64,000 nt of DNA from Candidatus Omnitrophota bacterium. GTDB lineage: Bacteria > Omnitrophota > Gorgyraeia > S143-82. The stretch spans positions 180,477 through 244,476 of the forward strand of contig WGBD01000001.1 of the NCBI GenBank assembly GCA_015494465.1, given 5' to 3'. Below are positions 20,201 through 32,200 of this stretch, one piece after another. The notes under the pieces were generated by a model, which worked only from the letters and a program-made list of their open reading frames with translations, searched no databases and was not told the DNA's origin. The position numbers were made by a program, and so were the translations under genes. Every line of letters begins with the position of its first letter. Position 1 is the first letter of the stretch.

Positions 20201-23200
20201 GGTGGCCTTTATGCGGAACGGCAGGGTTATGTCCACACCCCAGAGGTAGATGTGCAGGGCGTCCTTAAGACTGTCCTTCCACCAGAACAGGAGCTTGAAG
20301 AGCGGATTGCGATCCCTTACCTCTTCAAGGGTATTGGTCTTGTCGACGAATTCCCTCAACTGATGGAGGATGTACCTGACATCGATCGTTACGCCAATCG
20401 GCAAGCGATTGAGCTTCTTTGCCTTTTCGCGTCCATAAGGCCCTTTAGACTTCTCCACCTTATACTTAGGAGCGTGATCGTAGGACAGATACTCGCGATC
20501 TATGAACTTATATACGATGTTGTGGAGTTTGATCTCCCAAGGCAGACCGAACCAATAGTTGTGGAATACCTCCTTTGCACCCCTGTCCCAATCCTTCTCC
20601 GTCAACTCTGCCAGCGAAGACAGGATCCCGGTGAAGGTCAATATGTCTCTGTCCAGTTTCTCCGTCGCATCCCCCTGACCCAAGGCCTTTACGAAGTCCT
20701 TATCCTCGTCCACATTCCTGATGGCGCTCATAAACAGACGATACAACTCCTGATAATCTGCTTCGTTGAGATCCTGCCCGTACTTGGACTTAAGCCACTT
20801 ATAGGCCTTCAGGACCTCTCCCCTTACTGCGGTAGAAGTGGGATCGAGTTTCCTGCCGGCGTTCTCTTTCCGCACCTTCTCTACCGCCATCACCCAGAGG
20901 AGGTAATCGTTCAGTTTCTGTCTGAAGGCCTGCTCGTAGTCGTGCCTGCCAACATACCTATCCAGTATCCCGAACAGTATGGCCGCCAACTTAAACCCGG
21001 CACCTATCTGGGGAGAGACGAACGCACTACCAAGGGTGGCAAAGAACCAAGCAGTACCGGCTCTCACCTGACCCTCCAGATGGCTTACCATAGACGCCTG
21101 GGATATGGCACTGAGTATACTCCGGGCAAACTCCTGCTTTGCGGACCAGACCGTACCAAAGAGCATCGGCATCCTGCGCGCGTCCTTTTCGCCTTTCACC
21201 ACGATCCTGAACTGCAGCGATCCAGATGCCTTACTCTTTATCTCCTCCCAAGTTACCTCTTCCAACTCGTCGCTCGTGCCCTTGACCCTATAGGCCTTGA
21301 CCTCGTACTCCTTATCTCCAACCTTTACCAGCACCTGCTTCCTGCCGTCGGGGAGGATTACCTCCTTCAACTCACCCTTGGATATCAAGGCTTTCACGCC
21401 CGTGGGGATACCGGTGACCGGATCCACATCCATTACCACTGCGACTATCGGACCGGTCTGACGGGCGGAGGCCTTGGCCTGGAGCATCTGCCTGACCCGT
21501 TTCAACTCTCTCAATATCTGGGCATTGGGATCGTCTCCGCCTTCACCACCGGATCTACCAGAGGAAAGGCCTTTGATGTAATCGTCCAGCACCTTGAGGG
21601 CCCTTTCCACATCGCCCTCGGCCAATGCCCTGTCAAGGGCATTTGCTACCTCCCTGCTGACGAGGTACTGCTCCTGCACCGCCTTGTCCTTCTCCCAGGC
21701 GTGATATCCGAAGAAGAACCTGTACTCCTCACCGGACTTTGCCTTGACCTCTAGCATCACCGGGACATTCTTGCCCTCCCTGTGGATGGCGTCCAGATCC
21801 GCAGGGGTGAGTATCTGACCATTAATCGCATTTTTAACTATTACCTCACCGCCCTCCTCCTTTATCTTCTTGACCCACTTCTTGAAGGCGATGGGATTGG
21901 TAAAGACCTTCTTTATGCTATATTCCGGACCCTCTACTTGGAGGGCGTAGGTTTCCTTATTCAGCATCTTCCTCTGGATCTTCTTCCAGTTGAGCGCCTT
22001 GCGGAACTCGGTCTCAAGGGCATTGAGCACCTTCTCGGGAACGGGCTTTTTTGCCTCTATGGTAGCCTGTTCTATCTTCTGCTGTACCTTCACCGGATTG
22101 GTGATCTTCGGCGTCTTAACCTTTACCGGAGCGGGTCCCTTCTTTATCTCCTTCGGCCTTTCGCCTGCCTTGACCGGGCTGGCAACACTGCCCATCAGCC
22201 AGTTCAAGGCCCTACCCAAGGTCCGCTCGAGGAAAGATGGCTCCGAAGTCGCCTTCCCTGCCTCCTTGGCCAGTCTATCCCTCTCGTTTACCCCGCCAAC
22301 CAACCCCGCAACGGAGGATCCCAGTCCCGGCAGGACCACCGAACTGGCCACCATCACCCCACTGCGGACCAGATTCAACATCGTCGTCTCGATGGGGGCA
22401 ACCAGCCAGGAGATGTGCAGGTGATGGGCGGTGGAAAGGACCATGTGTATCTCCAGCGGCAACAGCATAAGTGGAACCATCCCCGGCAGGGCATAACGCA
22501 GTGTGGTCGAGGAGAATAAGCCTCTGCCAAATGTGGCAAGGTAGGAAACCGTCCTCTCGGGCAGGGAGAGCCTTACCTCTTTAACATCCAGACCCAACTC
22601 GTTAACCAGAGACCTCCACTCCACCTCCGGCCAGAAGAACTGCAGAGACCTTGCGAGACCAACCAACCTCTCATCCTCAAGGTCCTGCTCCTCCCTCAAC
22701 TTCCTAAGGAGTTCCCTGACCGCAGTGGTGTCGTCCACCCTCACCGGAGGGGCGTTGTTCTGATATCCGACGGCCCTCAACAGCTCATCCAACTTGCGCT
22801 GGGCGGATCGTATCCTCCGGACCTTCACCATCGACGGTGCGGTGAACAGGGCAGAGAGGCTGAAGGTGTTGGCCAGATAGGGCGCAATCGCTACCTTGTG
22901 CCCGAAGAGGGATACGACCCCTGTGCTGAGGAACGGCGCCAGCGCAAAGAGATTGGCTACCCCAAGCGTCGCCAGGGAGGAGAGGACGAACAGCGTGCCC
23001 CTTCTCTTAAGGAAGTCCAGAGTCCCGCCAAGCGTTACATTCCTCTCGAATGCAGATCTCGTCTTACCAACGATGCCGAAATTGCCTCTTTCCTCCTCAG
23101 GCAGGGACAGGAACGCAGACACTACCCGGTTCACCTCTTCCTCAGGCAACACTCTGTAGTCCCTGAACTGGGCAACCAGCCACCGCTTGCGGAAACTCTG

Positions 23201-26200
23201 ACCGAAGAAGGAATCCAAGAGGTGTATCATCGTCCTCGGCACGAACATCACCCCGTCAACCATGCGCCTGGCGGTGCTCCACCCCAGTTTGTCCGCCACC
23301 CAAGCGTACACCGCCAGTTTCTTGGGCAGACCGGTAATCCCCAGCCTTGCATACCAGTTCGCAATCGTTCTCCTCAACTCGTGGACAGAGAGATTGCTCA
23401 ACCGGGCCTCGTCCAACCCCATAAATCGCTGAGCAAACTCCTTAAGAGCCACCTCGTCCATCTCCCAGACGAAGCCGGCCGACCGCACGGATGAGTAGGC
23501 CGACAGGAGGTATTCTTCTTTTCTCCTCTCCAACTCCCTGCGGAGAGAGGAGACCTCAGCCTCGGACAATCTTTTGATGGTCTCTTCCTTAAGGCCAAAC
23601 TCTTTTACGAGTCGCTCCCGATCTCCAGATATGCCCTCCAACCGGTTGCTCTCGTCCGGAACGAGTTCTACCCTGCCCAGACTGTCCACCGCCACCTTAA
23701 GGGCCTCGTTCCCGGCATAGCCGGTCATCTTCTCGTTGGAAAGAGAGGCCGCCGTCCTCCTCAAGCCCAGCCATCCCTGAATGAACTGGGAATACCCGAC
23801 GAACAGGGCAGGTATCCCAATGCCCCAATAGGCCCACAGAGAGGCATGGGCGGTAGCGAGCATCCCTCCTGCGTATATAGCACCCAGTCCCGCTCCGGCC
23901 TTGAAGGCAGAACCCGCCAAAGACCTCCAATCGGTCTTTCTAATCGCCTCTTTCCAATTCGCCTCTCTCAACTGACTCAACAGGGCCCTTAACTCCCTGC
24001 CTATGCCCAAAACTGCTCCACCGGCTGCCCCTGCCAGAGCGGCAGCGACGGCGGCAGGCATACCTACCGAGGGCAGGAAAGACATCCCCGCAAGGACCGG
24101 CACAGCGGTCGTAAGGGAGAGGCGGGAATTCGCCAGATCACTCATTATCGCTCCCGGCCCCTTGGTTACCGCCTTCCAACCCGCATAGGTACCGAACATC
24201 GCCAATAGACCCGCGCCACCGGAGGTAACGGTCAACACAGTAAGCGGCAGGAGATAGCCCTTGCGCCCCAACACCCTGGACTGGACGGACAGACCCTTGT
24301 GGTAGAGACGGGCTAACCTGCCCTCCTTACGGTATCTGTCCACCAGATCCTTAAACTGTTTATTAGCCCGTTCACCCGCACCCAACAACGAGCTAAGATC
24401 CTCATTCCCGCCGTTTACCAACGCCGATAGAACCTTCCCGACCAAGTCTGTATTCTCCACCCCGTTATTCACCACCGCCCGAGCCACGGCATCTATCGCC
24501 GAGGAGACCGGATCAACCTGGGCGAACTTCGCCATCCACCTGTTTTCCAACATAGTCGCAAACGGATTGGCCGGGGCAGAGGCCTCGGCAAGCGCCCGCT
24601 TTAATCCCCTGAGTTGACCCTCGTCGGGCAGATAACGGGCAAGGATGTCAAACTTGTCTCTCAGAGACACATCGGAATCCGCGAGTTTCATCGCATCCCG
24701 CACGGTAATATTGTCCTCAATCGCCTTTGCTCTATCCCCAAGGGCGGTTTCCAGACCGCTTAGCACCGAACGGACCGCCTCGGCCTTCCCTCCGGCGAGC
24801 ATAGCGGTAGCCATCTCCCGCGCCAGTTTTCCATCTTCCAAGGAATTCAGCCCAAGGGCCGTTAATCCCTTGCTTTCTATCTCACTCCACCTGATTCCCC
24901 TCTTCGGAACGCCCCTGTTGAGTACCGACCAGCCGAGGACCGGCAGTGAGGACACACCCGCAATCACCTTTGCGATACCGGATGCCCCTGCCACTGCTAT
25001 GGCGCCTCCCGTAGCAAGGGCGATAGACGGATTCAACAGAAGGAGACCCAGACCGACCACCCCTGCCAAGGCAGTGCCGGTGGCGACCTTGGGCATAGGT
25101 CCAACCGGGGCAGAGAAGGAGAAGGACGGAATCATCCTATCCCGAAGCCTTAATCCCAGTTGCCCCTTGAGAGCCCCGATATTATCGAGAACCTTCCCGT
25201 TATCTATCTCCGGCAGGGCAAGTTCCCGCTCCACCGCCAATGGAGTGCTCAAAATAGCCTTTAGCGAGGAGGACGCTACAGACCCAAGATAACCCCCAAG
25301 GGCACCTATCTTGCCCGACCATCCAAGGGAGGGATTCCTCCACTCCCTCAGGAACTCCATCTTTGCCCTCTGGTGGGCAAGGTTCACCGACGCCACCTTA
25401 CTTGCCCCGACCCGCTTGGGGGTGGACAGCCTCACCGATAGGTTATTCAGGAACTCCTCAAGGCCCATGTCCTTTGCCCTGAAGGCCTCTTTCCTGATAA
25501 AGTCCTCGTCGGTTATGCCCAACCTATTCCGCATAAGCTCGCTATACCCTACCACCCTCAGGGCCTGCTCGTAGGAGAGGTTGGGATTTACGAATACATG
25601 GGTAAGGGCATCTCTGATTTCGCCGGTCTTATCTCCTACCTTTTCACTGATGTTTTTGATGCCCGCAAGGGCCTGGGCCGGGCTGGTGAATTTTTCATTC
25701 AAGGTCTCCACTTCATCTTTACGGGTATTCAGTTTTTTCCCTATCTCCGAAAGGGCCTCAACCACCTGTTTCTGGGTATCCCCATTGAAAGACCCTTTTG
25801 AAATATTCTCTATGGCCTGATTGAGGATTTGATTCTTGTCCTCGGCAAGCACATTGGAGACCACAGGATTGGCCAAAAGGCTGTTCAGTTGAACAGAGAT
25901 CTGCTGGAGTTGTTCGTTACTGACTTGATTAGGATTGAGTTGGGATATCTGAGCGGTTATCTGGTTTACACTCTGCAATGCGGAGGATATTTGGTTAGGC
26001 AACTTGTTCAACGCCCCATTCAACAGATTCGCCACCGCCGGAGGTGCGCGCAGGGTGGTAGGGGACATCCCCGCAAACGACCTCGCTAATTGATATTCGA
26101 GATTCCTCCTTACCTCAACCGGCATATCCTTTGCCAGGGCATTTACGACCACCTTCGCGGTATCGTAGGCGGTCCTGCCGTGTCCAGGGGCCTTCTCCAC

Positions 26201-29200
26201 CATCAACGCAGAGATAGCCCCCTCGTTCCACTGAGGGGTAAACTCAGGCTGACTAGACGGTGCGGTCTGTACCTCGACTCTGGCCTCCTTCTTCATCTCC
26301 CGCTCCAAATGGGACTGGGAAACCGCACTTGAACCTCCATTAAGCACATCCTTACCCCAAAGCCTCTCTACGATCTTGCCTATCTCCTGCCCCTTAGCCT
26401 CTCCCCTAAGATAGGCATCCAGTTCACCGTACCTGAAGGCCTCCTTTAGATCCTTTGCCACACCCTTGCCTACTTCCCTCTCCACCCTGTCTATCATCCT
26501 GTCCATCTGGGTCCTTACGGCCTCAAGGGATTCCCGCACCAATTCCTCTGGTGTCAATATCTTTTCTCTGGACAAGAGTTGTTCAAAAGGATTGTCCTTG
26601 GGATTCAGTATCTCCTCCGTTTCGATTCTTTTAAGCCTCTCGTAGACCTCGGGCCTGCCCAAGACCCCATTCTTCGCCCCCGAGACGAACATCTTCCACG
26701 GGGTGGTGAAGAGGTTCGCCCGCATCACATCGGTGAGGATCCTCCGAGTGGCCTTGGCGGATTCCACCGCCTGCATCCCAGCCAGATAAAGGGCAAGTAC
26801 CTTGGACTTCTCCTTACCCTCCCCTTCAAGATACTTATCCAACTCTTCTTCCTTAAGGTTGCCATCCTTGTCCAGGATATCCGAGCGGATCTTCTTCCAC
26901 ATCTCCTTGTAAGACACATTTGAGGCCTTGACCCTTGCTTTGGCCTCTGTCCTCGTCTTCATTACCCTCATATCCACCTGATCTATCAGATCAAGGGTGC
27001 GGGACACGTCTTTGGAACGGAAGAGGTTTTCTTTGAGGAAGTTCTTCACCAGACTATCCGCAACATATATGTAGGCATTACCACTGCTTCCGCCCTCCTT
27101 TCTATTTATCCTTCCCAACACCTGCTCTGCCAATGCCTTGCTCTGGGAAGGAGAGACTATGTCAATGAGGTCCACCCTTGCCTTATCACCTGCGGTTATA
27201 CCTCTGGCTCCCAGTTCACTGACGAGTATCACCTCAGGGGCCCCCGCACCTTTCTCCCCGAGATTCCTTGCTACACTCTCCAACTCCTCCGGCTTATCCG
27301 TATAATCCTCGGCATTTATCCCCTTTTCCCTTAACCTCTTCAATATCTCTTGCCTCATCCCGGTATCCTCTACCACCACATAGTAGGCATCCACCTTTTC
27401 TTTACCCTTGAGGTTGAGCCCGCTTACTATACCGTTCACCACATTATTGATGAATTTATCCTTTTTCTCCTCCTTGAACACATCCCAAAATACCCCGGTC
27501 TGCTTCCCGCTGGTCATCACTACCTTTTCGCCATCAAGGACTAGGGTTATAGGCCTTCCGATGGTCTTCACCCTCTTGCCGGTTATACCCTCAACCAATG
27601 GTTCTATGTCCCTGAGTGTACCGGAGAGGAAGACCACATCACCAAGCCGTGCCACATTCAGCAGTTCTCCCACACTGGTGGAGGTCACCGTGATCCCTCC
27701 CGCCCGGGTATTCTCAAGGGCAGCCTTATAGTCAAATCCTCTTTCTTTGAGCAGCGTAGAAACATGCTTTACCTGCTCTGCTCCTACCCTCACCTCTTCT
27801 GGTTTAAACTCGCCCTTGCTTATCAAACCGGACAGAAAGGCCTTTGCCCCCACATACTGCACATTCTTGCTTATCTGCTCGGGACGGAATTGCCCCTCGC
27901 TATAGGGGACAAAGCGCTTTTCCTTGCCATACCAAGACACCATCCTATCAAAGACCAACTTGCCACCGCCGACCTTAACGCCTTCTATCTCCGCCAGCAC
28001 GGTAACTAGGGAGTTCACTCCAGCCACCGATACACCCTTGCCGACCAACTTATCTCCCCTGCGCTCCAATCTGAAGTCCTTCAGGACCTGAGGGTTTGCC
28101 CCCTCTTTTATCTCGAACATCCCGGTCTGCTGGTTGTAGTTAAAGTTCTCGTTGAGGAACTCCTCAAATCCCTTACCCTCGTACCTCCCAAGTGCCCGTT
28201 TCACCCCTTCCCAGGCAGGCTGTATCTCCTTTTCAACCACATCCGCTATGGGAGCCCCGCCATCCCCTATTATGGCGTCCACCGGGGTCCTCAAAATGGC
28301 CTCCTCATCTATGATGACCCTCGCCCTATCGCCTATCTCCCTCCGCTTTGCTATAAAGGCGGTATACTCTCCCGCCTCGTAGAGTTTATTCATGGCCTGC
28401 TGGAAGGCACTGTACTCCCCAACCACTACCCTTCGCTCATTCGTGTTCGTGAGGACCTCCCTGATCTCTTTTGCATCCATCTTCGTGGGATCTATTACCT
28501 TTATGTTCTCCTTCCCTCTATAGTCTCTAATCAGATTCTCGTTGGAGGTCATGACATACATCTTATTACCGGTGAGTTTTAAGGCCTCTTGTATTACCTT
28601 GTTATCGACGAAGTTCTTCACCAGGGCCGAATTGGCAAGGTACAACTCAGTAAAGCCTTCCTTGGCGTAGTTATGGCTAATCGCCATCATCTCGCTGGCG
28701 TAGGTCTTTCCACCTCCCACAGGGGCCTCTATGTTCCAGAACTTCGCGCCCAAGATACCTTTAAGTTCTTGAACTGCCTTCGGTTTAAAGCCCTTATTCT
28801 CAACCTTCCTGAACGCCTCCTTCGTGGCCCAAGATGCCAAGACCGCACCTCCAATGTGCCGGCTGAGGGACTCAACCTCCTCTTTACTCAACTTCATATC
28901 GGGAGCAAACTCTTTCAGGATAACCTTTACGGCGTGCCTGACCTCCTTACCATCAACTTTCACTCCTGTTTCGCCCTCCTGAACCATCTGCTCGCCGAGT
29001 CCCTTATCTATCTTTGCAACGAGGGCGTCGAATTTCTGCTCAAACAAGGCGAACTTCTCCTTGGGAAGGATACCCCTCGCCGACTCTACCATAGTGGACC
29101 TTTTGACTGCCTCCGTATACACCGAACGGAACTCTTTGGCGCCCATCCTAAACAGGTCCTTATTACCACCCATACCCTCTGAGGCCTTCATCATGCTCCT

Positions 29201-32200
29201 AAGCACCTCCGCCGAGGGAGAACCCATCCCCGCAAGGGCATCCACCGCCTCCTGCACACCTACCGATCCTGCTCTATGGGCAGAGGTCTTTCCAAGGAGA
29301 TCTCCAACTTTTGCCTCAGCGGGGAACAGATTCTTGACCGTTTCCCCGAGATCACCGCTCGCCTCCAGAACCGCACCTTTTTCTACGGCCTTCCGCGCAA
29401 CCCTTTCGCTCGCCTCGTCCACAGCCTGGCGCAACAGGTCGCGGGCAGGAGTGGAGGTTATCCTTATCGATCCCTTCAAGGCCTCTTGGAAGACAGGATG
29501 CTGGAGGAGACTGGTCCTTACCAAACGATAATTCTCATTGACCCGAGCGGCTTTCATCCTGCTGATCTCATACGGGGACTCGAAGGACTTAATGGCAATA
29601 GCGGCATCTACTATTTCCTCCCTAACCTTACCGTAAGTCTCGGGAGAGAGGCTTAACTGAGATTTGTCTCCGAATAAGGTGCCGGTCAACTTCTTGGCGA
29701 TACTGACCACATCGTTCACCTCTTTTCCGGAGATGCGGGCCTGAATCGCCTTTTCTATCTCACTTTCCATCTTGGTACGATCCACCTGCGGTTTCTCTAC
29801 CCCATTCGCAGTATCCTTAGAGATCAATGTCCCAAGTCTTCCCCCAACCGCATTTTCAATATCTGCCCTTAACCGCTCCCTGGAAAGCCCGTTCCTTTCA
29901 CCGATCCCCTCAGCAAACTTCCTCAGAGAGGAGACATAGGCGTCAATGGTTATCCTGCCTTCCGCAAATTCCTTTCCATAGCCTTTTAGAAGGGCATCCA
30001 CGGATTGAGCCACCCGTCCTTCTCTCGCCATGTTCAAAGTGGATATCTCAAAGGCCATCTCGGGGCTGAGTCCCATCTGCCTCAGTCCCCGGAAACTCCT
30101 GCCCTCCTGCGCAAGGACCTCCATAGCCTTCCTCTGGTTAAGGCTATTGACGAGGGCATCCTGATGCATCCTCTTCTCACCGGTCAGCACCTTCACTGCC
30201 TCGCCTCCGCTCATCTCCTGCACCGGCAGACGATAGGATCCTTCTTTCAACATAGACCGCACAGCCCCTGCAGAAATGGAGTTCGCCCTCCCCAAAGGCA
30301 TCTCGTGGATACCCAACACCTTACTGCCCGGAATACGAGGCGCAAGGGCCACCTCACCGCTCCGCTTGGTCTCTATACGGTAGAAGAGGTTCGTCACCTC
30401 CCGTGCAACCGGATGGACCCGGCGGGACTTCACTTCGGAGGTAGAAACTTTCCCGGTTAGCACCTTATTCACATCCCTTTCTAAGCCCTGTAGATTCTCC
30501 GCCACATGTCCCACGGAAGACTGAACAACAGTCCTACCCACCAACGCAGTAGAGAGGGCCTTCCCTCCGAAGGTCGCCCCTACCCCCATCATTGCTGCTT
30601 CACTAGTCATTGCCATACCGAATTCCTTGGGAAGGCTCTTCCACGCACCAAATCCCTCCCTGGCTCCTCTCAAGGCACCTCTAAGGCCAAATTGCCCTTC
30701 GACGGCCTCCCCCCTCCAGCCTTTTACCGCTCCTTCACCCGCACGCAGGATCCGCCCCGTCCCCACATGGGCAACACTGGCCCCCAACAGCGTCCCGGCA
30801 AAACCGGTGAGGTTCTCGTAAACCCCACGACGCTGATCAATACTTTTCAGATTGCCCGCCAAGGCCTGTCCGACCAGAGCCCTGTTGTGCCACATCCAAC
30901 CCAGTTGACGGCTCGCCTCAGCGTAGAACGGCCGTATCACAAACCATGTGTTTGCCAGATCAAAGGCAAGAGAGGAAGAAAAACTCGCCCCCCGCGTCAG
31001 CCTGCTGAATCCACCAAAGAGGAGGCCAAAGGCCCCCATAGTAAGCGAAGTCTCGGCTCCTTTGTATAGCAAACCATACAGGAGATACCTCCTATTCCCG
31101 GTCTGCTCGTATCTTTTCAAGAGATACTCCTGCTTCGTCTTAACGCCTGCTTTATTGAGGTCCTCTCGTCCGATCCAGAATACGGCCCTATCCATCGCCC
31201 TGCTCACCCCGGCAGAAACAAGTCCCATCGCCCGGCCTCCCAATGACTGCCCGTTTCCTGCAGGAACGAAGAAAGAAGCAGTTGCCACGGTCCTGATTAA
31301 AGACGCAGAACTAACCCCGGCACCTGTCGGGACCAAGGCCCTGCCCCCACCGAGGGCAATACGCTCGCCTACGCCAGATCCCAAACCGGAGAGTCTCCCG
31401 GAGACCCTCGCCCCGATACCGGTGATCCTGCCCCTCAGTTCTCCCCCGAGCCGTCCTCCCCATTCCACAACTCTACCTGCTACCCTGCCCACCAATCTTC
31501 CTTCCAGACCGCTACCAACGCTCTCCCAGATCCTAACGGGTACCCCACGAATCCCCTTAATCTTGCCCATCACCCTACCCGCACCAATTACCCTAGACCC
31601 TGCGCGGCCCAATGTCCCCTTGGCCACCTCAACCACCCTGCCGGCCCTAACGGCCCCCACGACTGGGGCGAGGGCAGCACCGGCCAATACTTCCACGGCA
31701 GCCGAATGGGCTAAGATAGGAGCAATCGCATGTAGATACCCTATTGACTTGCCTATCTTCTGCGCAGCCCCATACTTCTCATCTACTACCTTGGATACTT
31801 TCTCCGGCGACAGGCCCGTCAGTATTGGCACGAGACTCTTAAACTCACCTACATAGCCACGACTCATTAGATCTAACTCACGGTTCAGAGTTCGTTCGGA
31901 TCGCTTGGCAGACTCCTTATGCCCAAACATCCGCTCCAAAATGATCCCTATTTTCGCCGGGATCTTGACTAAGAATGAAACAGGTGCCAGCGATTGCCGA
32001 ACGCCTGTCGAAAATGTATCCCCTATGTAAGCGTCCCTCCAATCCTTTAACAACTGCGGATTCTCCTTGAACGCCTTGCCTAACTTCTTTCTCAGGGCAG
32101 CGAAACTCTCCCAGGTGTGCTGGGTGACGAATTTCTTATAAGCCTCGCTAAGGTCCTGCCTGTTCCTCAGCGGATTAGTAACCCAGAGGTGGCGTAGTTC

